A stretch of DNA of 64,000 nucleotides from positions 124,001-188,000 of the IMG/VR virus record IMGVR_UViG_3300005289_000016. One strand, 5' to 3'. Both the position numbers and the translations under genes were made by a program. The notes beneath the pieces were generated by a model that saw only the letters and a list, made by a program, of their open reading frames with translations, searched no databases and had not been told where the DNA came from. Below are positions 17,457 to 27,656 of the stretch, piece after piece. The stretch's first letter is position 1; each line of letters starts with the position of its first letter.

Positions 17457-18227
17457 ATGAATTGGTTTACCGACCAGATGCAGAAGTTCGGCATCCTTAA
17501 AGCTCCATTGCCTGCTGTAGAGATGGCGCCAGTGGTTGAACAGCCTGCCCCACCGCCACCGTTTGATCTGGACGCCATCATGAAGCGCGTTCGTGAATGC
17601 AAACGTGACCAGTACGTCGTGCTGTGTGGCAAGCTGTTCATGTACGTTGATGATCGCACCACGCATTACTCGCCATTTGACGGGCGTGGCAAGCCTATTC
17701 CATTGCTGACCTACATGCCGGAGAACTTCCACGTTCACATGGACTACATGCCGGTAGAGCCTGAGTTCTATCCGAAGTCTCCAGAAGACATCCAGCGCCC
17801 TGATGACTGGATCGAGTGGATCGATCAGTGCGAGACCCATTACGGTCGGATGCGTGACTTGGTGGAACAGATGGACTGGGCGTTCCGCCTCATCAGTAAA
17901 GACGACCCACTGCTTTTCGTCAAGTCTCGTGGATGGCATGTCCCAGTTATCAAGCTGTACACCGACTTGAGCTGGATCGATGCCGGCTGGGAAGGACCTG
18001 CTATTGCCGTGGGTTGTCAGGGGGATCGTCGTTACCCAGTCGCCATGGGGTTGATTCCAGATGACACCAAACTGCACAGTCTGAAGGAAGTGGTGGATGA
18101 GTTCACCAAGTTCCGCGATGGGCCGTTGCAAGAAATGTTCACCAATCACGAATCGGTCATCAAGTTCAACGACACCTACGATTCGTTCATCAAGTATCTG
18201 GACGAGAAGTCCATCAACTACCGCTGA
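17457..18227 (+). CDS. hypothetical protein
   Basis: AGGA RBS, 256 aa. Confidence 0.85.
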   Translation: MNWFTDQMQKFGILKAPLPAVEMAPVVEQPAPPPPFDLDAIMKRVRECKRDQYVVLCGKLFMYVDDRTTHYSPFDGRGKPIPLLTYMPENFHVHMDYMPVEPEFYPKSPEDIQRPDDWIEWIDQCETHYGRMRDLVEQMDWAFRLISKDDPLLFVKSRGWHVPVIKLYTDLSWIDAGWEGPAIAVGCQGDRRYPVAMGLIPDDTKLHSLKEVVDEFTKFRDGPLQEMFTNHESVIKFNDTYDSFIKYLDEKSINYR

Positions 18228-18235
18228 GGTCCATC

Positions 18236-19183
18236 ATGGAAAAGAACGCCTACATCTCGATCTGGGGTTACCTCGTCTTCGTCGTCGATTCCTCGTTGGA
18301 TATCTACGAAAAGTGGGAGACCTTCCAGCGTCACGGCATTGCTCGCAAGGAAACCTTGGATGAGCGCAAGGAGATCTTCATTGAAGTGCTCATGCGTGAA
18401 GGTCTGGTCAACGAAGTCAGCGATGCCGAAGTCATCCCGGACAACATCGACAGATACTTCGACTGGTTCTTCATGAAAGCCGATCCGAAGGCTGAATTGG
18501 TCCCAAGTCCGGACTGTCTGTTGCGATTGCAGCAGGCGATTGGCGATGAGCAGTTCGATGCAATGTCCGTGTACGAACGTGAGCTGTTCGCCACGGGTTA
18601 CCGCTGTCCACTCATCACGGATGCTAACTTTGATCGGCAGACGTATTTCCGTTGGGTCGGCGACCACAAGGCCGGTAGCTTCGAAACGAAGAAGATGGCG
18701 TTGTTCAATAGCTGGTTCAAGCGCAATCAGGACATGGCCACTGAAGCGCAAGGCTTCGCTGTCCAGAACGTCTACTCCAATGACCCGAAAGACAAGTGGG
18801 CCTCGTACTCCTACACGTACGGCGCACAAGGCAAACTCGGGTACGAGGTGTTGATTGTCAACGCTGGTCAGACCTCTGGCGGCATGTTGGCGAAGATCAC
18901 CAAATGGGCCATCGAAACGGGTGGGTTCATCGAGAACGTGCCGTTCACGGTACCGGGTTACACCGTTGGGGCTGCTGGTGAGCTGCTGAAGGCTGTCGCT
19001 ACTGAACAGGTCATGGGTGATGTTGCCCGGACGCGCATGTTGGGGGCTATGAACATCGGCATGACGCGCTACATGCAGGTCTTCATTGGCGACAAGAATA
19101 ACATCTTACCCGGTGAAGAAGGTTACGACACCACCTTCGTGCAAGAACTCACCCCGGAGACGGAAGATGAGCAACGTAACTGA
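18236..19183 (+). CDS. hypothetical protein (C-terminus weakly DUF4262-like)
   Basis: 315 aa; YSYTYG...YEVLIV resembles FAYTVGL..HPELIV. Confidence 0.8.
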   Translation: MEKNAYISIWGYLVFVVDSSLDIYEKWETFQRHGIARKETLDERKEIFIEVLMREGLVNEVSDAEVIPDNIDRYFDWFFMKADPKAELVPSPDCLLRLQQAIGDEQFDAMSVYERELFATGYRCPLITDANFDRQTYFRWVGDHKAGSFETKKMALFNSWFKRNQDMATEAQGFAVQNVYSNDPKDKWASYSYTYGAQGKLGYEVLIVNAGQTSGGMLAKITKWAIETGGFIENVPFTVPGYTVGAAGELLKAVATEQVMGDVARTRMLGAMNIGMTRYMQVFIGDKNNILPGEEGYDTTFVQELTPETEDEQRN

Positions 19184-19838
19184 CTTCGTTGCGTTCAACG
19201 AGCGCAAGGCTGAAGAAGCGGCTGCTGCACGGCGGACTTACCTCATGGGGTTCGCCAAGAAGATCGCAGACATGACCTTTGTCCCGGGCTTCTTGTATCC
19301 CTTGGCTGGCCAGAGCATCTGTGCTGGCTGGAAGGGGTATCTTGACATGCCTCAATGCACTGACTGGTGGTTGTCTGCGGTGGTACCCGTACTCCTCGAT
19401 AATGGAAACATGTCGTGGGAGTTCGAGTTCTACAACTGTCGCATCCAACAGAAGGGCACTGACTTCCCTAAGGTTGGCAAGATCGAAGTAGTAAGCAGCC
19501 GACAACCTGTCCCCAACACCACGGTGGATTGTCTGACCGTGTTGGAGGAGTTCACGAACGGACTTGGCGACGGAGCAAGCAACCCTGCGTTGCCGTTCCA
19601 CTGCATCATGTTCTTTGCACAGAAGGACATGGGCTTCAAGTACGTCAACCACGTTGTCGACGGTACCGTCATCACAATCACCCTTCAATCGCTCACAGAG
19701 CGCATGACAGTGACGTTCTACGCAGACCAATGCATCGCCCTGCTGGAACACCTGAAACAGACTGTCGAGCGTTACAACCGCCGTGATGGTAAGTCCATTG
19801 ATGTCGAATGGGCTGACCAAAACAAACCCGCCGAATAA
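19167..19838 (+). CDS. hypothetical protein
   Basis: Start MSNVTD after GGAG. Confidence 0.8.
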   Translation: MSNVTDFVAFNERKAEEAAAARRTYLMGFAKKIADMTFVPGFLYPLAGQSICAGWKGYLDMPQCTDWWLSAVVPVLLDNGNMSWEFEFYNCRIQQKGTDFPKVGKIEVVSSRQPVPNTTVDCLTVLEEFTNGLGDGASNPALPFHCIMFFAQKDMGFKYVNHVVDGTVITITLQSLTERMTVTFYADQCIALLEHLKQTVERYNRRDGKSIDVEWADQNKPAE

Positions 19839-19856
19839 ACACCAGGAAACTCACCC

Positions 19857-20504
19857 ATGTCGTACGGTATCTACCTACTCAAAGCTCACCATCCAAGTGC
19901 CCTCGGTCTGGATGAATTCCCCATGCAGTCGCATACGTCCCTTGCATCGGCAGTACATGACACTCGCTTCCTGACGTTCGGCAAGACGACGCTGGAAGTC
20001 AAGGTCGACCTCTTCAAGTTCCTCGCTGAGCAACTTCAAGATAAAATGGACCGTCGTGTTCCGGATGACTTGGAATTGATGTACACCACGGAAATGAAAC
20101 CGATCGAAGGCCACGATCCTGACATGGAAGTGGTCCGTTCGTTCCGTGAACTGGACCTTGATCACAAGCACCGTGAACTGGACTCCATGTTCTCCGGGTG
20201 TTCGCTGGAATGCGTGGCTATGTTGCCTCCGTCGATGTGCGACCTCATTGATGAGGCGCGTGAGATCGTGCGGGATGGCGAGGTTACTCGTGCACTGGCG
20301 TTGGCAAGTAATCCGCGTGGTCGTGTCACTGAGCTTAATGGGCTGATCCATGACATTGATCGCAAGTCAAAGCGGTGCGTGTCGTATAGCGCCATGAGCG
20401 ATCAAGACTTTTCCGCGCAAGAACTGCAAGCCGCAGTCACTGCGTACACCAACTTCTTGGCAACGATGCGAATCATTGCTCACCCATCTCAGAAGGAGTC
20501 CTGA
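19857..20504 (+). CDS. hypothetical protein
   Basis: AGGA RBS, 215 aa. Confidence 0.85.
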   Translation: MSYGIYLLKAHHPSALGLDEFPMQSHTSLASAVHDTRFLTFGKTTLEVKVDLFKFLAEQLQDKMDRRVPDDLELMYTTEMKPIEGHDPDMEVVRSFRELDLDHKHRELDSMFSGCSLECVAMLPPSMCDLIDEAREIVRDGEVTRALALASNPRGRVTELNGLIHDIDRKSKRCVSYSAMSDQDFSAQELQAAVTAYTNFLATMRIIAHPSQKES

Positions 20505-20505
20505 T

Positions 20506-21438
20506 ATGTCGTACGCCATTTACGCCCTGAACTGGAAACAGCAAGAACTCCATCATGAGTTCGTCAGCCGTAAGAAAGATGCGTTCCATGTCTGGGGCGA
20601 TGTGATTGCGTTCATCACTGAATACAATCGCGGACTGGTAACGGACCGTACTGACGATGTGACCGCATTGCAGAAGCAGCACGACGATCTCAACGCGTTC
20701 ATCCTCGAAGAACTGCCCAACTGGACTCTGGTGACATTGGAGATCATGGACAAGGACACCGAAGAACGGCTCGACGAAATCTTCGACTTCCTCAATCGCT
20801 ACCGTGAATATTGCGACGAGTTCTCCTTCGTCGACAATCGTGATGCACTGGTCCTGATGAGTCGTCTGGACTTCGGCCTGCGGCGGTTGGTGGATCGTCG
20901 CTTCCATGCTAACTGGTTGGAAGGTACGCAGGAAGCCAAGGACAAACAGCAAGCCGAGTTCCTTTGGTACTCCAATCAAGTGAAGGTGTTCAAGGCGCTT
21001 CTGCGTATGGACATCGATATGGAGAAATATAACCAGTTGATCGAGCAAGGGCTCGGACACCACTCTATCATCCGTGATGCTGAGAAAGTTAAGGATGTCG
21101 ATCCTAACGGCGAGTACATCTGGTGGACCAATCAAGGCGACTGTGAAGGCGTCATGGCGTATCACGAGAAGGCTCGTTTCGAAGGCATGATTCCGTGGGG
21201 CGGACCACTTCGTGACCACGTATTCAAAGAGCTGTCTTCTCGCAATGGGCGTCATGCGGCGGGCTGCGTCTGGGGGTTGAAAGATCAGCCGACGTTCGAT
21301 CGGAGTAACGACTTCCATCGTTACATCATCAAGTACTGTGGCGGGGTGCTCATTACCTACGAGGACCTGATGACTGTCCGCCATAACCAAGGGTTCGTCA
21401 CGGACCTTAAACTCAAACCGCTTTGGGAATTAAAATGA
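20506..21438 (+). CDS. hypothetical protein
   Basis: AAGGAG RBS before ATG at 20506. Confidence 0.85.
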   Translation: MSYAIYALNWKQQELHHEFVSRKKDAFHVWGDVIAFITEYNRGLVTDRTDDVTALQKQHDDLNAFILEELPNWTLVTLEIMDKDTEERLDEIFDFLNRYREYCDEFSFVDNRDALVLMSRLDFGLRRLVDRRFHANWLEGTQEAKDKQQAEFLWYSNQVKVFKALLRMDIDMEKYNQLIEQGLGHHSIIRDAEKVKDVDPNGEYIWWTNQGDCEGVMAYHEKARFEGMIPWGGPLRDHVFKELSSRNGRHAAGCVWGLKDQPTFDRSNDFHRYIIKYCGGVLITYEDLMTVRHNQGFVTDLKLKPLWELK

Positions 21439-21782
21439 GCAGTATTCCGGGGTACACGCTCGAGGACTACGTCGCATGGCAATGGAACCTCGTTGTCGAC
21501 GAAGCGCCTGAAAACAACATCAGCCTCGGATTTGCGGAGGCGTTGGGTAATGTTACCCCGCGCCCTCGTTTGACCAAGGAGCAGTTCGCTCCGATCGTGG
21601 CTATCTATGAACCGTTCCGTGAAGACATCGAACGTCGGCTGGATGACTTCGATGAAGACCGGCAGTCTTGGCGTGACTACGCGAGTTATGTTGATTGTGA
21701 CATGACAGACGAGATGAACGCCGAAGCAGAACGACTTGTCAAGGAGTTAAAATGCGCATTGTTAACCGTGCCGAGTTCTTAG
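21435..21782 (+). CDS. hypothetical acidic protein
   Basis: Overlaps the previous stop. Confidence 0.75.
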   Translation: MSSIPGYTLEDYVAWQWNLVVDEAPENNISLGFAEALGNVTPRPRLTKEQFAPIVAIYEPFREDIERRLDDFDEDRQSWRDYASYVDCDMTDEMNAEAERLVKELKCALLTVPSS

Positions 21783-22120
21783 CCCTTCCAGGCCAAGTGC
21801 TCTACTCGAAAGTCCACAAGGGTTCACCCGAGGAAGGCATCTGCATCAAGTACCCTCATAACGAGGGTGAGGCCCGCAACGACTGGAACTACGACGCTAT
21901 CAGTGGTTGTGGTGCCATGGAATGTGGTGGCTCGGACGAGCTGTGGGACAACATCCACAAGATGGAACGCGATCCGACCATGTCGGTACCCACTGACTTC
22001 CATTATACCGGTCGAGATGGCTGCTACGATGGAGACGAAGTCCAATTCCTCATCTTCGAGAAGGAGGACATCGTCAAACTGAACAGTCGTTTCGCCGAAC
22101 TGCTGGAGAACATGGCGTGA
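21752..22120 (+). CDS. hypothetical phage protein
   Basis: AAGGAG RBS; MRIVNRAEFLALP start. Confidence 0.8.
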   Translation: MRIVNRAEFLALPGQVLYSKVHKGSPEEGICIKYPHNEGEARNDWNYDAISGCGAMECGGSDELWDNIHKMERDPTMSVPTDFHYTGRDGCYDGDEVQFLIFEKEDIVKLNSRFAELLENMA

Positions 22121-22380
22121 ACCAGATCAAACGGCTCCTTGTTAACCCTGTAGAGTTCCATTACCCGAACCATGTACCGGATAACGAGAAACACTACTAC
22201 GCAACGGCCGATGAGCACGGCCATGTTCACATGCCTGCCGGGGTTGAACCCGGCGATCGGGTGACGGTGTCGTACGAAGTACCGAATCCCATTTATCAAC
22301 GCATCCCCACGCTGGAACCCAAGCGCATTCCGCGCAACCAGCGTATCCCTCACCTGCAACGCGGCGGCTATCGTCGCTAA
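22117..22380 (+). CDS. hypothetical protein
   Basis: GTGA overlap, GGAG RBS. Confidence 0.65.
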   Translation: MNQIKRLLVNPVEFHYPNHVPDNEKHYYATADEHGHVHMPAGVEPGDRVTVSYEVPNPIYQRIPTLEPKRIPRNQRIPHLQRGGYRR

Positions 22381-22389
22381 GGAAATGAA

Positions 22390-22623
22390 ATGACCGAACG
22401 TCAATCCGCTGTAGACTTCATCCTGGATCAGGGTGAACAGTTTGACCCTACCACTGTTCCTGGCTTCGAGGAACGCGATCAGAAAGGCGAGTTCAAGGGC
22501 CTCGACAATGCAGCTATCCGCACCAAGCTTCTCTCCGAGGCTGAAATGCAAGACTACAACGACGAAGAAGCTGCTACCATGGCTGAAGAAGATCGTCGTG
22601 CTGAGGACCGTGAAGATGACTGA
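22390..22623 (+). CDS. small acidic protein
   Basis: AAGGA RBS; D/E-rich. Confidence 0.75.
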   Translation: MTERQSAVDFILDQGEQFDPTTVPGFEERDQKGEFKGLDNAAIRTKLLSEAEMQDYNDEEAATMAEEDRRAEDREDD

Positions 22624-22945
22624 CGTCCCAGGCGCTCCAGTCGTCGATGAATCCGAACTGGACGATGCGGTCATTGACCTGCGTCAAGCCAGCTTCGGTA
22701 AAGGCACGCGCATCAAGGTACAGCTCAAGAAAGCCAAAGAACTCAGTCTGACCAAAGTCGACAAGTTCAAGGCTGGCAAAGCGTACCGCGTCAAAGAACA
22801 GCCAGAAACGGCGTTCTACATCAATGCAATCGGTTACCATCCTGTGTCGGCTCTGCCTGCTGGGTTTGGTTTCCTGTGCACCGAGACTGAGTTCAAGCCG
22901 ATGTACTTCTGCTTGCACGAACTCGGTGGAGAAGTGTTCTTCTAA
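22616..22945 (+). CDS. hypothetical protein
   Basis: GAGGA RBS before MTDVPG. Confidence 0.75.
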   Translation: MTDVPGAPVVDESELDDAVIDLRQASFGKGTRIKVQLKKAKELSLTKVDKFKAGKAYRVKEQPETAFYINAIGYHPVSALPAGFGFLCTETEFKPMYFCLHELGGEVFF

Positions 22946-22954
22946 GGGGGCAAC

Positions 22955-23191
22955 ATGGGCGATCTTAAACTGATCGTACCGGTAGCCAATGCTCGACCTG
23001 ACTTCACTGTGCGTAGCGATACGCACATTCTGTCGATCCAGGCCAGTTTCTGGTTCAAGGTACGGGCCGGCGTCTCTAAGGACTGGGCAATTGCTCAGCT
23101 CAAGGAGTACGCTCGTAAAGAACACGGTGTCGATCCCAAGTCGATCTACTCGATCATGGCTAACGGTCGCTATCCGATATACACCAAGTAA
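22955..23191 (+). CDS. hypothetical protein
   Basis: AAGGGGG RBS. Confidence 0.75.
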   Translation: MGDLKLIVPVANARPDFTVRSDTHILSIQASFWFKVRAGVSKDWAIAQLKEYARKEHGVDPKSIYSIMANGRYPIYTK

Positions 23192-23227
23192 CAGGAGGGA
23201 GGACCTACGTCCTCCTTACCTCACCAC

Positions 23228-24043
23228 GTGAGAATCATCATGAATGTAAAAGCCACCCCGGGCATCTTGCAATTCAACGCAGTGAACAACCGTGTGGAAG
23301 TCATCCGTACGGTAGTCCCTGTTGAGAGAGGCAAGGAAACGATGTACCAACTGGAAGAGTTCTTAACAGGGAATGCCTTGGCGTTGGTTCCTGCTGAAAA
23401 ACTCGACTCTATCCGTCAACACGAACACCTGCACCTGTGGAGCAAGGAACTGTTCATGATGGAGGTCTACACCAACATGGTCCGTGACGTCCACCGTGTG
23501 GTCGAACACCATGGCGCTAACGATGAGATCTTCGGGCCTCGTAACCAACACCAGCTGGTGATCTTTCACGGCAACGGCGGCATGAAGGTCGGTCTTCGGA
23601 TTGACAATGAAGCCATGCTGCTAGCGATCGATTGTCAGACGGCGGGTGTAACTCCAGATGGTCACATCCTGCGTCAAGGTACCGTGACTCGCTTCAAGAG
23701 CATTCTGGAGATGGTTGTGGGTAAAGCTCGTCATTTCATTGACAGCCTGCCCAAGAATGTTCATGACGCTATGAACCGTCAGTGGTCCGAATCCATCAAC
23801 GACGAAGTCGATGCAGTGGATCGGTTCTATTCTCGGTCGTTCAACGAAGGATGGCAGGACTTCCTGAACATCAATGCGGTGTGCGATAGGCTCAACGTCT
23901 CTCCGACAACCCTCAATCGTTATCGCGATGGTCGGGTTCCAGGTGACGCTCCAGTGTTCCCAGCTCCTGATCGTTTCAAAGGTCGTTCCCCGTATTGGCA
24001 CAAGACTTCACTCGTCCGTTGGGAAGAGAGTCGTCATCATTAA
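23228..24043 (+). CDS. protein with C-terminal AlpA/excisionase-like winged-HTH
   Basis: FLNINAVCDRLNVSPTTLNRY...FPAP....GRSPYW....LVRW matches the AlpA family. Confidence 0.7.
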   Translation: MRIIMNVKATPGILQFNAVNNRVEVIRTVVPVERGKETMYQLEEFLTGNALALVPAEKLDSIRQHEHLHLWSKELFMMEVYTNMVRDVHRVVEHHGANDEIFGPRNQHQLVIFHGNGGMKVGLRIDNEAMLLAIDCQTAGVTPDGHILRQGTVTRFKSILEMVVGKARHFIDSLPKNVHDAMNRQWSESINDEVDAVDRFYSRSFNEGWQDFLNINAVCDRLNVSPTTLNRYRDGRVPGDAPVFPAPDRFKGRSPYWHKTSLVRWEESRHH

Positions 24044-24045
24044 TA

Positions 24046-24075
24046 AGAGGCGGGCCTAGGCCCGCCTCTATGCCG
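24046..24075 (+). terminator. palindromic terminator-like hairpin plus TATGCCG
   Basis: AGAGGCGGGCCTAGGCCCGCCTCT is a perfect palindrome. Confidence 0.7.
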
Positions 24076-24158
24076 TCTCACCGTTTATTTTTTCCAAGGT
24101 ATCCCTATGTACAGATTCTTTTTAACGGCCAGCACTGGCTCAACCAAGGTAGTAAATC

Positions 24159-25073
24159 ATGCCGCCCAGCCTCGACACACTGAAAACGAAACTCGCAGGC
24201 TTGCTGTCTGCCATTGCCTTGCGTGTGGACAGCAAACTGGATAAGACCGCTGCGTCTGTAAGTGCCGCACGTCTCACCAATCCCTTCACCCTCAGCCTGA
24301 CCAACGATGTACTCGGTTCTGCCAGCATCCATGGTGGAACTAACGTCGGTATCGCTGTAACCCTGCCGAACATTTCTTCGGCTGGAGTGTATCCAAAGGT
24401 CACCATCAACGCCAAGGGCCAAGTGATCGACGGTGAGTTGCTGATCGCCGCAGACATCCCTACGCTCGACGCTGCGAAGATCGGGACCGGTGCCTTTGAT
24501 ACCGCGCGCATTCCTGCGCTTGACGCCTCTAAGGTCACCACAGGCGTCTTCAACGCTGCACGTATCCCACTGCCTGCCCGTCTGGCCACTGCGCGTTCCA
24601 TCTCCCTGACAGGTGATGGCTCGTGGACTGTAAACTTCGACGGTAACGCCAACGTCACAGCGGCATTCACCTTGAGTGCATCGGGAGTTGCTGCTGGTAC
24701 ATACGGCGGAGCTACTCAGATCCCTCAGGTGACCGTGGATGCTAAAGGGCGTATCACTGGCGTCACGCTGATCGACATCAAAGCTCAGACCGCCATTGCA
24801 GTCAACGAGTACGTAACCGTGGCAGTCGATGGGGTTAAGCAATACGACTTGCAGACCCTGCTGGGTGCTGGCCATGCTGCCTTCGACAAGAAGACGGCCG
24901 AGATCTCGGTACGGGCTAAAGAGACCAACGGCGCTTCGCCAATGTTCAACGCTTACGCGAATGCTGAAGCCCTGATCAGTTACGGCATCAAGGACGAGCG
25001 CTACGTGATGATCGCCAACCAATCCGGCGGGGCTATCGACCTCTACGTCAAAGTCCTCGTGCACCCACTGTAA
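24159..25073 (+). CDS. tail fibre-like protein
   Basis: IP.LDA.K..TG repeats; GVYPKVTINAKG and YGG...IPQVTVDAKGRIT fibre motifs. Confidence 0.8.
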   Translation: MPPSLDTLKTKLAGLLSAIALRVDSKLDKTAASVSAARLTNPFTLSLTNDVLGSASIHGGTNVGIAVTLPNISSAGVYPKVTINAKGQVIDGELLIAADIPTLDAAKIGTGAFDTARIPALDASKVTTGVFNAARIPLPARLATARSISLTGDGSWTVNFDGNANVTAAFTLSASGVAAGTYGGATQIPQVTVDAKGRITGVTLIDIKAQTAIAVNEYVTVAVDGVKQYDLQTLLGAGHAAFDKKTAEISVRAKETNGASPMFNAYANAEALISYGIKDERYVMIANQSGGAIDLYVKVLVHPL

Positions 25074-25083
25074 GGACTGAGTC

Positions 25084-27645
25084 ATGGCCGATATTTCTTT
25101 TGACGTCGCAGAGGGTTACTACCTCTCGCCGTTCACTGCGAATATGATCCTGAGCGGCAACGTTCAGAGTTTGCAGTTCAGCGTCAATGGGGCGCCTCCA
25201 TCCATTTCCAAGTATGTAGCGTACGACCAACTCGTTCCACCGAACCCGTTCATTGCGGTGACGCAGGACGGTAACGGTAACGTGGTGTACGATGGAGGGT
25301 TCCCGAAGTTCTATAACAACGTAGCTCCGATCCAAGGCATCAACGCTTCGATCTCGATGGAGTTCCGAGCGACTTGTACCGGTGTAGCACAGGGCGTCAA
25401 TGCCTACTACTACAACGCGTTCACCAACAAGAATGTGACCATTGCCATTGGTGACAAGTTGGTGTTCGACATGGCTCAGAACAGTGCCGATGCTCGAGTA
25501 GGTCTGGATGCAATCACGGCCAACGATCCGGCCCAATTCCCAGGTCAGTACTCGTTGCGGGATTGGGGTGCTCCCGGTGCGCCGTTGGTCAATGACCAGA
25601 ATGGTATCCGCATTCACCCAGCGCAAGACCTCGGTAACCGAGCAGTCAACCAATGGTACCACCGTGAGTTTGACCTTTCGCCTTGTGCAGGTCAGACGTT
25701 CATTAAGTGGTCGATGGCCTATGAGGGCGAAGTAGCCGGTGACTTCTACACACGGTTCCGTGACATCTACATTTTGGATCGCAATGGCAATATCAAGGCA
25801 ACGCTCTTTAAGGACGTCATAGACCTCCCTAACAGCTCGTCTGCTGAAGCCGGTGCGTCTGGTTACACCAACCTGCAAAAGACGCTGTACGATCCTCGTA
25901 GCCAGCTCACCGCCTCGTTCAAGTACCTGTACAATGCTATTCTCTGGACAGCGAATCCGAAGAAGGTCACAGCAGGTAACCGTAACATCTTGATCTTGGG
26001 CGATGCATTGGCTGCGGCCAACTACTCGGTTAAGGGTACTTCGGCCAACGCATTCAACACCAGTTTCATTCGGTTGTGCGCAGCCGTGGGCTTCACCCCC
26101 ACGTTCAAGGATGTCTCAGATTACACTGGCACCCAGCTAAACTGCACTCCTGCTGAGTTGGATCAGTACGCATGCGTACTGATGATGTCATCTGCATTTT
26201 CTACGTTCGCAGCCATCACTGATTCTGCTGTGCAGGCATTGGCGGCGTATCGTGAGGCGGGGAATGGTCTGATATTCGTCACTGACCACGGGCCAGTACT
26301 CACCAATATCTCCCAAGCCTATCCATTGGCGGCCGGTGCGTTCTTTGCTACGGCCAACAAAGTGATTGTGCAGTTTGGTGCGTACTTCAGCGGTGACTAC
26401 AACCGGACACCTGTGAACGTTGGTTTCCTTCGTTCCACGTACGGTGACCATCCGCTGTATGCAGGCATGACCAATGACGAGTATATCTCGGCGGGTGGTT
26501 CTGAGAGTCGGGTACAGGTGGCTACATTCACCTCATTGACTCCTGGGCAGGTGCAGCCGTTTGCCATTGGTAACGGAAAGACCACCATTCGGGTGGCTGC
26601 TATCTTGAACAGTGGCGAGATCGTCCCGTACAAGATCGAGTACAACGTAGTATCGTTCAAAGTCACCTTCTCTGATGGAACACAGGTCAGGGACAACGGT
26701 CAGCAATTGGACGTAGGTGCCAAGAACCAATCGTTGATTCAAGCGGCTGTGGCCGGTAGCTTGGCTGAGAACGCCGCAGGCATCGTCTACAAGAACGGTA
26801 CACGTGTAGGGACGTTGTCGTACACCCAAGCTGGCGGTTCGGTGCAGACGTGGGATGGTGCCGGAACGGGACCTGTGAAGGTTCAAAACGGAGACACGTT
26901 CAGCGTAGGTCTGACCACACCGTTGACCATGACCAGCACGATCACCATCAAGCGTTTCCAACCCGCGATCAAGGCCAAGCGTGACTTGTCCGAGATCATG
27001 AAGATCCTGCGTGGTTACAAACCTGCATTGACTGATGTCAAGCGTGTCGGCGCGATGATCGCTGAGATCTCCGCGGGCGTTCCTTGGTTGGGTATCAAAC
27101 AGCAGCTCAACATGCCCATCAACTTGAAGCTCTTGGGGGAGTACTTCAACAATGAAGGTCTGGCCTCGTTGGTCTTGCCCAACGCAGCGTCTAAGCCCTA
27201 CACCGTGAATGCTCGTCCGTGGGCAGCATCAGGCACGTTTGCCTTCTGGCAACCGCCAAACCCAATTACCGGTCAGCCGATTGATTTCGGTAACTTGTTG
27301 TTCTCGCCAGTATACGGTTCTGAATCGGTACCTGCGAACTTCAAGTTGGACTATTACGCCAATGTGTTCTTGCCGGCTGGGACCTATCAGGTGTTCAGTC
27401 AGGCAGATGACATCTTCGAGTTCTACATCGATGGGGAGTTGAGGGTCAATGCTCCTGGTCGTGGTCAGACAGCTATCATTACGCTCACTCAGAGCCGCTA
27501 CTATGCTCTGAAGGTGTCCAACATTAACACCCCCGCAAACACTCCGTCGTACTGGACCTTTGCGATGGTCGATACAACCTCAGGGGCTGTCGTGCTGAGG
27601 CCAGAGGCTGGAGTGTGGAAGACTCAAGAATACAGCGCTGGCTAG
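25084..27645 (+). CDS. large virion/tail protein with C-terminal PA14-like beta domain
   Basis: 853 aa beta-rich; YYANVF.PAGTY....ADD....YIDG resembles PA14; internal duplicated block (YDGGFPKFYN; FVTDHG..GAYFSG). Confidence 0.7.
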   Translation: MADISFDVAEGYYLSPFTANMILSGNVQSLQFSVNGAPPSISKYVAYDQLVPPNPFIAVTQDGNGNVVYDGGFPKFYNNVAPIQGINASISMEFRATCTGVAQGVNAYYYNAFTNKNVTIAIGDKLVFDMAQNSADARVGLDAITANDPAQFPGQYSLRDWGAPGAPLVNDQNGIRIHPAQDLGNRAVNQWYHREFDLSPCAGQTFIKWSMAYEGEVAGDFYTRFRDIYILDRNGNIKATLFKDVIDLPNSSSAEAGASGYTNLQKTLYDPRSQLTASFKYLYNAILWTANPKKVTAGNRNILILGDALAAANYSVKGTSANAFNTSFIRLCAAVGFTPTFKDVSDYTGTQLNCTPAELDQYACVLMMSSAFSTFAAITDSAVQALAAYREAGNGLIFVTDHGPVLTNISQAYPLAAGAFFATANKVIVQFGAYFSGDYNRTPVNVGFLRSTYGDHPLYAGMTNDEYISAGGSESRVQVATFTSLTPGQVQPFAIGNGKTTIRVAAILNSGEIVPYKIEYNVVSFKVTFSDGTQVRDNGQQLDVGAKNQSLIQAAVAGSLAENAAGIVYKNGTRVGTLSYTQAGGSVQTWDGAGTGPVKVQNGDTFSVGLTTPLTMTSTITIKRFQPAIKAKRDLSEIMKILRGYKPALTDVKRVGAMIAEISAGVPWLGIKQQLNMPINLKLLGEYFNNEGLASLVLPNAASKPYTVNARPWAASGTFAFWQPPNPITGQPIDFGNLLFSPVYGSESVPANFKLDYYANVFLPAGTYQVFSQADDIFEFYIDGELRVNAPGRGQTAIITLTQSRYYALKVSNINTPANTPSYWTFAMVDTTSGAVVLRPEAGVWKTQEYSAG

Positions 27646-27656
27646 AGGAGCGCATT

